From Raillietiella orientalis (taxonomy: Eukaryota): a DNA stretch of 64,000 nt. The notes below the pieces were generated by a model. That model saw nothing but the letters and a program-made list of their open reading frames with translations, ran no database searches and was not told the DNA's origin. This document shows, one piece after another, positions 39,288 to 51,500 of this stretch; the stretch's first letter is position 1; the number at the start of each line of letters is the position of its first letter. The translations under genes and the position numbers were made by a program. Location: positions 248,001 to 312,000 of the forward strand of contig JAYWIR010000059.1 in NCBI GenBank assembly GCA_036172245.1. Direction: 5' to 3'.

Positions 39288-40335
39288 CTTTTTTTTTCTT
39301 TTTGTGGTTCCCAAAGTGCTGAAGAACTTTTCGCCTCCTTGGAAGAGGAGGGGAAGGGGAGAGCTCACGAATCCCTTTGACGTCGTCCACGTCGCCTGAG
39401 GGCGCGCGTTGACTCTTCAATTAAGTGGGGTGCCCGGGGAGGAGACCATCCTCTGAATCCAGGAAGGGCTCCGGAGGAAGAAGTCCCTTCCTACTTACGC
39501 TTTCGGGAGGGAACCTCTGAAGGGAACCCTCGCTCCTGGTTGGCTCCAAAAGGAGTTCCGAAACCCCCTCTTCCTCATTCTCTCTGGAAATTCTCGGTCT
39601 GCGGGGGAGCTCCTCGCTTCTCCAAAGGGAGCTCGGAGAGGATCCATTCCTGGATTTCCTCTCCAGAAGGCACCTGCTTCCGGAAGGGATCTCTTCGGAG
39701 GAGTCACAGGGAACTGCTCCCTGCTACTCCTCTGAAGAGAACCCCGAAGGGACGCTTCCAGATTTTCTCTGGAAGGTCCCTCCCAAGGGGAGTAGCTCAC
39801 TTCTTCACACTCTGGAGACGTACCAACCAGGGTCTCTCGCCCCGAAGAGGGGGAGGGGGACAAACAGATTCCCTGGGATCGTCTCGCGATCAATAATCTG
39901 GAGAACGTCCTCCCTTCGTCCAACCCTGCTCCCCTCCCCCTGTCCGCTCACCCAAACGGCTTCTCCGCGGGCCTACCGACCCCCGAGAGGGCATTTCCAT
40001 CCTGGAAAGCCCGGAACTGACCGGGCCTTCCAGGAACTCGGAAGGGAACCTCGAAGGGAACAGGCAACTTGATTCTTTGAAGGATCCCAGAGGATCAACT
40101 TCAACCCCGACCAGTCAACGGGGGCATTCGAGGGTTTCCGGCTTCCACCAGCGTCGCCGCCGCACCCGAAGCCTACAGACCAGCCAGCGCAATCCTGCGG
40201 GAGGGGGACTGGAAACCCATGGCACACCCCTCATTTCTCGACGGCGACCTTTTCCCCGAGCGGGATTCGAACCCGCGACCCTTGGTGCCACCATGAGCAG
40301 ATGCCGCAGCAGCCACGTGGCAGCCAACGAGGCCA
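39288..40335 (-). mobile_element. tRNA-derived SINE, copy 3 (long variant)
   Basis: Minus-strand head with a perfect B-box GGTTCGAATCCC (40262-40273). Tail and T-run at 39288-39440 match the other copies. Extra segment at ~39890-40060. Confidence 0.8.
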
Positions 40336-40624
40336 GGAACCTCAGAGGGCAGGCGAGAAAGCTGTAACAGGAAGTTGCCAGGCATGTCGCGTTCGTTCGT
40401 GCACCGAGCCGTGCATGCACGGCGTGCCAGGTCGAGAGGAACGCCGATAGGCTTCCGAGTCCTCTCGACCGGATGTAGGACCGCGAAGAAGGCAGGTTAC
40501 CACCCTCTGGGAAGTATGGGAGAGAGGAGGATTAAGGAGGAGCAATCGCTGAAGTAACCGCATCCCGGTTGTCGGTTCATCGAACTCGCGAGCAGCTCCG
40601 TGAGCAGCATCTCTGGTCGGGTCG

Positions 40625-41060
40625 TTTGTCACCCGGCTGCTCTGGGGCATTTTTGTATGGAAATAAATAAATAAACGTTTAGCTGTCGCGATCCTGGAGT
40701 CCAACAACCACGGAAGGGCACAGACGAGGTGTTCGACTGGCACGGAAGGGGGTGAGGGAAAAGAGACACAGAAAGAAATGGTTTCATGTCTTGAAGAACG
40801 AGGGGTTGAGTAGGGGTCACAATCCGTGACGTCTGCATTTTTCTCCGGATTCCGGCGAGGTCCTCGAAAAGTCAGACTGGAAGCGAGAGTCCTCGGGAAC
40901 CGGGTGGCGAAAAGGGTGGGTTCCCTTTCCGTGGCGCCCTCTCTCGGCCGCGCACCTCGCTGCGGCGACATAGCGCGCATGGGTACCAGGTCCTCCGCGG
41001 TGTCACGAAGTCGGTTGTCCCGCCGCGGCCCTAGCCTGGATGAGTGGTACGGCAAGGGCA
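40625..41060 (-). mobile_element. Tx1/L1-clade LINE extreme 3' fragment
   Basis: Close sister of 26663-27100, with a terminal hairpin remnant at 40632-40647. Confidence 0.75.
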
Positions 41061-41689
41061 TGCACAACCATTATCATCAGCCGAAAGGCTGCTGCTGCTG
41101 CAGCGTGCAGGGCAGGCGTGCTCCGACCTAGCACTCCGAGCACAGCTTCTGGGAAGGCAGGCCGCGAGCGATGGTGGTGTGCTACGACTCTGCCGCGACG
41201 GCCTCCGTGCTGGGCAAACCGACGGCTGCGCGCAGCGCAAGCACCGCAAAGGGAAAGCCATCGGTCTGGTTACCATCCGCTACCTCGGAGGAACAGGCAG
41301 GGCTCCCCAGAGGCTCTGCCTCTTGCGGAACTACCTGGAGAGTTCGGATGACAGAGACAGGCGATGCGACAACTCTCTGGTGTGAAAGTGACGGCGCATT
41401 GAAAAGAGATCATTGGTGTTTCTCAGAGCGTGTCAAGGAACTGGAGAGGACGTCATGATCCTTGGTGTAAAAAAAAACCGGGATCAGACGGATGCAAAAA
41501 AAAAAATCAAAAAAAATTACATGAAGAACCGGAAGAATAGCTTTTCATGGCTGTCCATTTTAGGACATCTCGGTGGGACTCCTAGGTGTATCGATCACGT
41601 GCTAATTGTCTTTCGTTCCACCGCCCAATGGCCACGCGCGCTTACAAACGACTTCCATTTCCCCTTTCCCTTTCCCTTCATTTATCCGG

Positions 41690-42530
41690 GTAGAAGGCAC
41701 CGTTTTCCACGCTTGCCGCGCTAGAGAGCTTCCTTCAAAGGGAAGGACCTGGGGCCTAAAGAAGGCCGCTCGCAGTAGCTGTTTCCGTAATTCACAGAAC
41801 CCGTGCGGATGTCGCAAAAGGTCGAGAGCTAGCTGGACCGAGGCAGGAAGGGTACTCGGTGTCGTCGTTTCAAGCGGGGAGGAAGTTCCAAGCAGAGTAG
41901 CGGAAGGCGCGCTCACACCTCGAATTTCCATCAGAGGGTCGGCCGGTAGGCACCCGCTTTTTCGGTGCTGCTGCCACCCAGAAGGCATCCAAAATGGAAC
42001 AGCGTCATCGTCGGCAAAACGCTGTGGGTTTCCCAAGATCAATCTCTTCGTGCTCCGATTCCAATCAGGGAATTCTTTTGTTCCTGCCTCGCCTGCGGTT
42101 CGGGACGGGAAAAGCCTTTGGCAGGTGGGGAACGGAACTCCCGTCCGCCGTCCGGGTTGACTACGGGACACGCGAGCGTTCCTCTAGGAGGAGGGCTGGC
42201 TGGCATTTCTCCCAGTGGATTCCGTCGCGGCAATCTCACGCAAGGATCCTCCAGAAATAGACTCAACTCGTGCTTGGGGGATCCGCATGCAGCCGTGGTA
42301 GCATAGTTTCCATCGGGGCAGTCTCCACGGTTACGTCTCGGTAGATCGCCTGGAGAGCTGCGGCCGCTTTCCCTTCGAAAAAGCGAAGCAGCAGCTGCTC
42401 GGCGAGGTTTGTTTCCTTGGTCACGCAAACGCACACAAAGGACTTCTCCTGCATCCTATCGCTGCGGGGATGCAGGCGACTCAAGCTGGCCCTCCCAACG
42501 CATTCCAGCATTACAATTCTCCCTACCTAC
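41690..42530 (-). mobile_element. L1/Tx1 reverse transcriptase fragment
   Basis: ORF 41602-42171 - contains RFADDDAV (YADD-equivalent), preceded by RRTGVPFP (RQGCPLSP-like) and followed by LPFEGSSL (LSFxGR-like). Confidence 0.6.
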
Positions 42531-42535
42531 GGGCT

Positions 42536-43254
42536 TTTTTTTTTGGTTCTCGAGGAGTGCTGAAGAGCCATTCGCCCCCGTAAGCGGATCACGAAGCTCT
42601 TTATAAGACTGTCCGCGCCGCCCAAAGGTGCGTGCAACTTTTCAAGTTAGAGAGTGACCCAGTAGGGATCATCTTATGAATCCAAGAATGGCTCCAGGGG
42701 AAGGAGTCCGTTCCTCTCTTACGCTTGGAAAGGGACCCTGAAGAGAACCCCCTTCTTGGTTGCCTCCAAAGGAGACCACGAAGGAAACCTCTTCCCTGTT
42801 CTCTTGGAGGGCACCCACAAGGGAACAGCTGCTTGTTGGTGCTCTTCTGAAGGGAACACCGAAGAGAAGTTCCCCAATTTCTCTGTAGGGTCGCTCCTCG
42901 AAGGGAGCATCGAGTTTCTGACACCCTGCAGAAGCACAACTCCTTGGGAGATGTCAACCAGCTCCATGGCACACAATGGGTGGCTCCATCTTCACAACCG
43001 GGGAGAATGCCGAAACCTCCTTGATTCCTAGAAGTACCCCAGCGGGTCGATTTCCAATCCCGGTCCGTCAACGGGGATGCATCCGGTTTCCAGATCTCAC
43101 CCGAATAAACCGACCAGCGTCGTCCCACGGGAGAAACTCGAAACCCATGGCTCACTCATTTCTCGGCGTCGATCTTTCCCCGGGTGATTCGATCCTGCGA
43201 CCCTCTGGCAACAGGAGCGGAGAACGCAGCCACACGGCTTCCGACACGGGCATC
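42536..43254 (-). mobile_element. tRNA-derived SINE, copy 4
   Basis: Full length: tRNA-like head (GGATCGAATC), body collinear with 18920-19510, A tail (T-run ~42535-42544). Confidence 0.85.
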
Positions 43255-43259
43255 GCATC

Positions 43260-44420
43260 ACCCTCGTGCTCGTCCACCTGTCCTCCTCCTCTGTGGCTTC
43301 GTGAATGATGAAAGTCCGACACGATCTCTCCGATACACATAAAAATTTCCCGATGAACGTTCGCAGCAAAGATATCTGTCTCGGAAAATTCATCTGCGTG
43401 TTTCCGAGGAAACCAATCGTCCCAAGGCTTGTTCGCAAGCCTCGTCGGGAACGCCACCGCAAGCACGAAGCTCCGGGATCCAGGGCGGCAGATGCTCAGG
43501 TGCCCGTCCGTTCGCTTTCTTTCGTTTTTCTGAACCCGCCGGCTGAAAGCTTTTCGCATTTCGAACCGCGGACGAAAGAGCAACCCGTGGAGAACCACCA
43601 TCAGCAACAGCTCCTTTCTCTCAAGAATCCCTCACGTCTCAAGATTGACAAGAGAAGCACGAAGACTCAGAGAGTGCAAAGGAACTGACCGGCGAGGAAT
43701 GCCAGATCAGGAGAGCCTGGCTTCTTACGTCAAGGGGGATTTGATCTTCTGTAGAAACTGAGCAGACCTCCATCGCACTCGACAAAAGTTCCTTCCTTGT
43801 TTACGCTTGGTTTCCCTGCTTGTGCCTGGGAACGAGAGAAAGTAGCTGTGGCTTCGTGAATGGGAGAATGGGAGAATCACGCTTATTGGGAGGGAACGAG
43901 GAAAACCAGGCAAAAACAAAATAGAAGGCATCGGAGGACCAATTTCCGAATCGTACGAGTGACAACAGGCATCTCCGTGTGACGACGATGCTTTCTGCAT
44001 CGCTTCACAGACCGGAACCACCGGACCAGGAGACATGCTCATCACTTCCCTTGGAATGCACATCAAGGAAGGAAGCCGTTCGATACGACGGTCCGTCTTT
44101 CTGTCTCTGCGGATTCCAAACTCCGTGATTCGCTTTCAGAGGTTCTCGGTCGTGCACCGCCTTTCAAGAGCAAAGCGCATCGCGCTTCAACGCACGAAGC
44201 TGCGAATTCGGTGAGTCCGACAGTGGGACAATCCTCAGAGGTCCATAACGGGGTCTGTTTCGTTTCGCGCTGTATTTTAATTCGATGCGTAATTTCCGTG
44301 GTTAGCTCTTCTATGCCTCGCATTGGAAAGCCCTGGCGACGCTTGTTTTTCTGATTCTGTATGAAGCAGGGAACATTCCAGGTTGTTGCCGCTTGACTCA
44401 CTCTCTTGCAGAGAGATAAA
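43260..44420 (-). mobile_element. L1/Tx1 ORF2 N-terminal remnant (APE endonuclease to start of RT)
   Basis: AATTWNVPCFIQNQKNKRR (TWNVxG motif, ~44340-44392), IQRETK (LQET-like) and RCALLLKG (GVAILxK-like), then NKPWDDWFP (KxPGxDGxP-like, ~43410-43435). Confidence 0.45.
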
Positions 44421-44739
44421 GTTCGTCTGCAGCGTGATCTTCCGTGGACGGGCTGCTTGTTTTCTCTCTGGAACGCTGCTCTGAGACCTTGGTTTGCTTC
44501 CAATACCAGAAAGTAGTTTGATCACCAGGAAATCTGCTTTGCAATATCAAGTAGCATTTTCAAAATTATCACGATCTCTTCTTGTTGTTTCAAAGAGATC
44601 GTAGACTGCGATCCTTTTGAAACACAAAGAAGAGTTCACAAAAATTAATTTAATGAAAATATTACGAAGAATTTTTGCTTGTCTGCTTATCTGCTTGCTT
44701 GACCCTTGCTTTGTCTACTCCTAATGCCTTTTCCCAGTC

Positions 44740-45190
44740 CCACTAGGGTAGGGTAATTTTTTTCTTTTTGCATTTACTCTACAAACTCATTCATTCCACT
44801 TCGAACAAAGTTCATCATTATTTTTCCATGAAAGTTTACTTCCGGGAGTCGCTGCACTAAGGTTCTGCACTAGGGTGGGTTTGAGTGTGTTTGGACATTG
44901 TCCGCAATCGTTTTCAGGATGTATCGGTATGCCCATACTGGCACTCTACCACAGTTCCGTATACCGATCTCTTTTCAATATTTCCATGGGAGATACGGCC
45001 GTTCTACTGGCACTCATCTTCCACCATCTGACTAGGATGGCCGTAATAAACGTAATAAACAACTGGTCTTCCACTCCTAATGCCTCAAAGTCATTTTTCA
45101 AAAAACTTGCTGATGGACCCTTTACCTTAAATATTTTCGTGTTGCGTGGTAACGTGTATGTGTTTCCTAAAGAGAGTTATTAAAGACAAG
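44740..45190 (-). mobile_element. Possible L1-clade ORF2 C-terminal remnant
   Basis: Minus strand FITAILVRWWKMSAS...P resembles the L1 ILxxWKxxxxP motif. Heavily eroded. Confidence 0.25.
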
Positions 45191-45538
45191 AAAGCATCAA
45201 TCTAAGTGTTCCTCTGGAAATAAGGATCCGAATTACCTTAGCAGTCCTGCTGCTTGGCATGCAACTCCAAGGAAACCGCTAACTCATTGCACACTGAGCA
45301 CATCTGTATTTTTCTCGACAGAGTTGTGCTCATCCTTTTACAGCAGAGAGAATGTGGAATCTCGATGCTTCTGTCATGCATTCATTATTTGGGAAACCTA
45401 TCCGTTCACATTCACTTCCAAGGTGATTAATATAACTGAAAAGGATTAATGATCAATATAACAGTCAAGAATGCTTTTATTTGTAGTCCTAATGAGGTGT
45501 TCGGGTTTCCTGTTTAATGATGCAGAGGAGGAACCTGA

Positions 45539-45570
45539 TAAAGATCCTAAATCTTAAAGATCCTAAATCT
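45539..45570. repeat. Perfect 16-bp tandem duplication (TAAAGATCCTAAATCT x2)
   Basis: Directly visible. Confidence 0.95.
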
Positions 45571-48500
45571 TATGCCGAGAAAGATGTAGAAGAAAAACGG
45601 ATGTCTGCCCCGAGCACCTGGTTGCCCTCTCTGTAAAACCGATGCACTATAAAATATCATCCCGCGTTGTTGCGCAAAAATTCGTTTCGTCCTTCAAATA
45701 TTAAAGATTGATTGAAGACATCTTTTTTTTTTTTTTTTTCAATGATTCATATCAATCTTGTTTTCCAAATAAAACGAGCAGTGGTACACTTGGACGAAGC
45801 TAATCTCAGATATGGTCAGCACTTCTGTATGGTCACCTCCAATCCATCTTTCCTGCTGCAACGCCTCACAAGAAGAAAAAGAAGAAAGGATCATGTTTTT
45901 GTACCATGGCAACCATTTTATCACATCTCCCCCGTTATGCAGACATGGCTACTTTTGATTGGAGTTTGTTTTATGAAGATGAACTCAAACAAACAAGCCA
46001 AAACGAATGGCTTCGACTTTCTAATAGATGCTTTCCTTATGACGTCATTTCCATTCTGGATTTAAGGACCCCTTTGAACTAAAAACTTCCGACGCTTCTT
46101 TGAGAAGTTGCGGTTCGCTGAAAGGGAGAGAGAGAGAGAGAGATTTTGTTTCGGAAGTGCCCGCTCCGCCTCAGATTTGAACATCTCATGGATTGACACG
46201 CTTTGATATACATACATACACATATATTTCTAAGTATATTGACTCGTTAGTTATCTCATTGTTCAACTAGACTGAATGAGGTGACACGGTAAACTGTGAT
46301 CAGCTCCAGACAGCAAGAGGAAATACCTTTTCGATAACATTCAAAATTGTTTTGATCTCTGTCAGTACTCCAAACTCGATGGCAAGAGAACTCGATCGTT
46401 AGGGTTCTCTTGCAGCTTGCGAGAATGAGAGCTCATAGAAAGATGACATTTTGAATTAAGTTGGCTGTGTATACTTAGAAAACGATACGTGAACAGTGTA
46501 CATGTGTTATGTATACACATGTGTGTATATATGAGGAATTCTCTTTATATCCTGCAGAATCGACCGTGTGTGGGAGATCCGAATTTATTCATCACTTGGT
46601 TTTCATAAGATTTTTTTCCGAATGTGACTTGAAATATCTTCTGAGGAGGTGGTACAACCAACTTCTCTTCCTTCCTGAGCAACCTTTACCTGAACACAAC
46701 AGCTTGGACTCTGCAACTTTACCAGGTGGCGTTGCGTTTTAATTTGATTTGATATTATGCAGCGATGGTGCGGCGATGATGAGATTTGGAATGGACTATG
46801 GGGAACTGGAATCTGCCTTCAGTTGGAACAGTGATTTGGGTTCATCTGAATTTCATGAGGAAGATAAAGAGCAATTAGAAATGATAGTGGTCCAGTGAAG
46901 AAATCAGGCTTCATTAGCAAATAAGAAGACGAAGAAACGACAGTTTGACGATGGTACACCCATTAGCCGCTGCGACAGCTTGGGTGCCAAAGAATCAGGC
47001 TGCTAATTGTACTGACTGGTTAGTTATTCTTCCTGTGCAGACGAACTAAAGAAGGTGTCGAACTGATCTGTGTGATCACTTCCCGATAGCAGGAGGAAAT
47101 ACCCTTTTCTCCTACTCCTGTAAGGACTCCAAGTTTGTAGAATACGTGGTAGATACAGTCCGTTGCCATGAATTAGAACTGTTTTCTTTCTTCGTGCGTG
47201 CTCGTGTACATACTTGCGTTTTCTTTTTTTTTAAACAGAAGCTGCTACACTGTAAGATAATGAAAACTCATGGGATTAGCTACTGGATCCTACGAAGGAT
47301 TTTTCGAACCGGTGTTTCTCATTTTCCCTTTGCTCCAAGAACGACTCGAGATCGCAGAGGGCCATGAACACAGATCACGATTCAGAAATTTTCAGAGTGT
47401 TGCTCGGGACACAAAATGGCAGATTTTTGCAGCGAGCATCAGCAGTCATTCATGTATTTAGGCAAGCCATTCCTTTAGGATTGCAAGTGTTCAGATCGGA
47501 AACCGCGACAAAATTCCTTTTCTCCCTAGATGGAAGTGTCCCATCTATTTAATCTCACCTTTTCGAGAACCTAGGAAAAGAACAGAAGAATTGGAATCAT
47601 GAACTACTCCAAAAGATTTTGAAAGCATTTCAGCAAGGAGTTCGTGTATCCGATTAACCTCGCGGAACCTGGGCAGTATTAGTCTGGAGCGTTGTTGAGT
47701 AATCACTGGACCATTTTTCGTCTACTTTCGCGAATTATGCACAGGCGAATACGCCGCTGCTCACCAGATTACATCCGTATCATATAGTTCTATGCTTGTG
47801 CTTTGAACTGTGAGCGTGACAGTAAAGCATAGATTGATTGGATTGGCAGCTGAGTAAAAGCATAACAGTGCTGACACTGGCATGAAGGATGCCGACATGA
47901 AAGGAATTATATTTCCATGTTGTAGTAGCATCCTTCTAACATCATCTTCGAAGGAAAGAGGAAGCAAGACATCCATTCTTTGTGTTTCAAGGAATATCAT
48001 TCGAGCTCCGCGAACATCAAACACGGGGATACATACTTTGAACATCCGGCACCGAAGGCAGGTAAATCCAAGTTAGAAAAAATATGTAGGATGCGAAAAC
48101 ATATTAGCTATTGCTGAAATGATGATGCACCATTTTCGGTTCTTTTTATTTACATGTAGTATGCTTTAGTAAGGTCTTTTTTTTCCTTCAAAGCTTTGAG
48201 CAGAGTTCACTTTCTTGAGGATTGATGAATCGTTGCGATATTTGAGTTGAGATTCTTCTTCAAATTAATCTTATAGGATTTCTATCCTGTCCGGATTTCG
48301 TGGAACACTTCCGCGTGTAGGGAAGGCATTCCTCTACCATTGCTTCACTGTTCTTTCTGAGCCAAGAAATATCCAAAATTCTCAAACAGGAATGCTTAAC
48401 TCCTTCATTCAAGCAGTGGTTTCAGAAGGTTCCATTAACAACTGCTAGTACTGAAAATTCCCGCAATATTATTTTGTCAGGAGAATTTCCTATTCTCGAA

Positions 48501-51500
48501 ACTTCCATCTTTTGATGTTGGACTCATTCGTTCGGTTAGTGGTAGCTTCTAGTCATTCCATCCGGATTTTTTTTTGGAAGGAGAGCACTGGCTCATATGG
48601 AACACTAGTTAATTTGGATGTATAAAAGAAAGTTGACTTTCATGGCAGAGAATCCTCCGTTGCTACATTTTCCGACAGCCGAATGTCCCAGGCTTTGGGT
48701 CATCTGATAGTTTTCTAAAGGCAACTTCCCTCTTACAATGTCTATCAACGTATCAACCCTAGTAGCAGTATTCTAGCATCAGAAAGACAGCCAGAACTCC
48801 GCGATCTCAAATTAAGAACTAGTTGAGCAAGCTGGATATCTGAGGAAGTGCTGCATTAAGAAACTGATGCTCTGAGCAGGAAAGCTGCTTCGTTGAGGGC
48901 TGTTACGAATTCGCAGCTACCATCTCGTTAAAGCAGCTGGAGTCGAGAACGCCAACCATATAGTCAAGTATTTCAAGCATCAACACAGAACCCAATGCAG
49001 ACCAGTAATTTCTTGATTAACGGCAGATTTGGATTTTTTTGTTCCTTCACTGGGGTCCTTATTCTTTCAGCGAGCAACCCCCAACGGTCATTCGAAGTGG
49101 AATGCACAAAAAAATGCTTTTCCTTCAGAACACACACACACACACACACAAAATAGATTTCAATTCTGGTTACAAATGATTCGGAGGGCCGCAGTCGTAG
49201 GTCACTCGTGTTGCATTGATCTTTCGCCAAAATCAAGCTCCCGTTCGCGTGGGAGCCTGCTTCTGGAGTTCATGTCTAATGATTGCTGAGACGTATGGAG
49301 AGGATTTCATTAATAATTGTTTTATTAGCAGATACTAATCCACTGCCCAGAATCACGTTGGGAATAGTGACTGTTTTTTTTTTTTTTCTATGACCACAGG
49401 ATGGAGTGGTTTTATGAGGTGATGAACTAGTTCCCTCTCTGCTGCCATTTATGAAATGGGTAGAGGAGGGATAGAAGAGGGTAGACGTGGGTTGAACTTC
49501 ATGGGGTCTCTTGTCCTTAATAAGGCGATAAAAGTGTCATCGATTGTGGAGGTGAGGACATTCTTACAGCCATTGCAGAACCCATAAAACACATCAGCAT
49601 CGAATCGTGCGGTCCATAGCTCTGCAGCGGCTCTGGCGCGGGAACCGAGGTTCCACCATGCTTTTGCTACATCTGCGGAAGTACGCAGCGCAATGATCAA
49701 AACACTGACGAGGATCCACTTCCTGCTTCAAGGTGTCATTAATTCTGGACACAATCTCGTTCAACCCACCGAGAAGCCATCGAGTGCCACTGAAGCCGAA
49801 TTCTAGGAAAAGTGAAAAAAAGATCCATAAATTCCAGTCACAGCTTCCCCGTAAGTGACACTTCACAGGATTCGCTTCGCTTTTGCATGGCTGCATGAAC
49901 AGCAAAGATTCACCGGTCCAGCATCTTTCTGGATTTCGATGCATATTTAGAAAGAGTGTGGCAGCCTGTTTTGTCCAAACGAGCATAGACTTTAACAAGG
50001 TCGTAAAAATTTCCGGATATTTTTTGGGAAGCCAGGACGATCTTTCGAGATCTCATCAGCGTGATTCTTGTTACTGGAATGAAAGCAAAGGGTTTTGAAG
50101 AACGCGGATCCTGATCTAAAGTCGATGCTGGACCACGTTGGTCAAGGTAGATCAGAAGTGCAAACCATCCGTGAGGTGAAATCGGAAGCAGTCAGCATTG
50201 GGTTAAGAAACACAAGTCTGGCTCTCTTTGAAGCTTTTGACTCTGATCCTGGGATAGTCCATCTCTCCTAGTAAGATGTTGGAATCATCGCATGAAAAAA
50301 TCGATGCTATCCTCGGGCAAACTGGAAAATTCGAAGGAAACAGTCCTCTTTAGAGACGATGCAAGGGATCATTCCATTTTCTGCGATTAAATGCATTTGA
50401 GGAATTGAGGAGAGGAATGATGAACTGGTTCATCCGAATTCCATCTGCTTCATCACCGTGGTCGGGCAAGCGCAAAGGAAATACTTTTCTGCATACAGAG
50501 TAGGAAGAGATTTATAATCTTATAGGGCGGTATGCCAGAGATTTCCAAAATCACAGGCAGAATCCAGCTCACTTCTCTGAGCTGTTACGATTTTCTATGA
50601 ATTTCGAAAATCCGACTTTCTCTAGAGGATGTTCCTTCAAGGATGTCTGGGCACTTCGCGGGAAGCTGAGGGAAGAGATACCTGGCTCTCCCATCGTCTT
50701 TCATACGAAGTGCCCTAACGCACTTCGCCAAAAAGAAGCTGGCTGCTATTCGTACCTCTCATCTCGCCAGCTTAATTCTCGTGCTCGCTTGCCGGTCGCG
50801 TTTGATGCCCAAGGCTATGGCCTCGATGGGTTTATGATGTTCCAAGTACGCTTTCCGTCTCAACTGCATCATGTTAGATCCGCCTCAGGCTCCTCCCGAG
50901 TCATCATCCTGGACCTCAAAGATACTGAAATGCATTAACTATGCTTCGAATTTTCCCTGTGAGATTGATTTCTTCGAGAAGTTAGGTACTTCAAGTCATC
51001 CGGTAGGAGGGGAGGGAGCAAATGCTGCTGGCCATAACAGTTTCCTTTGAAAATTCTTGCTGATTTTGAACAGCAAGCAGCATCAGGGCTGTAAAGTGAG
51101 GAACAGGATAGGAATGTGGGAGGTAGCGAGTCTGTCAAGGGTTGTAGAGTAGTCAGATGCAGTCCCGGATGCCCTAGTGAGATTCCATTGAGCCGCGCAA
51201 AAAGCCATGCAGCAAATGAATGCAGAAAAATGTTCGGGCTCCGTGATCATGCAGTGGCTCGTGCACATAGGAATGCCCTTTCAGGGATTCTGGAGGAAGC
51301 TTCAAGATTGTCATGAGTAAAACTATTAAGGTTACCCCCCCCCCCCCATTCCCTTCCCCCACCCCTTCCCCCCAATATCTCTATTGTTAAGTAGGTGAAA
51401 GTCAGTAAGTATTGAAAGTCAGGATTTTCTCCTCTCTACTCCGACGTGTTTTGGCATTCTACTTGGGATTCTGCTTGCCCACACTTCGTCTGAAGTGCTT

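Noticed and set aside
49450..50480. Named enzyme gene in minus-strand frames
   Set aside because: Looks like decayed coding sequence, but I could not match it to any family.
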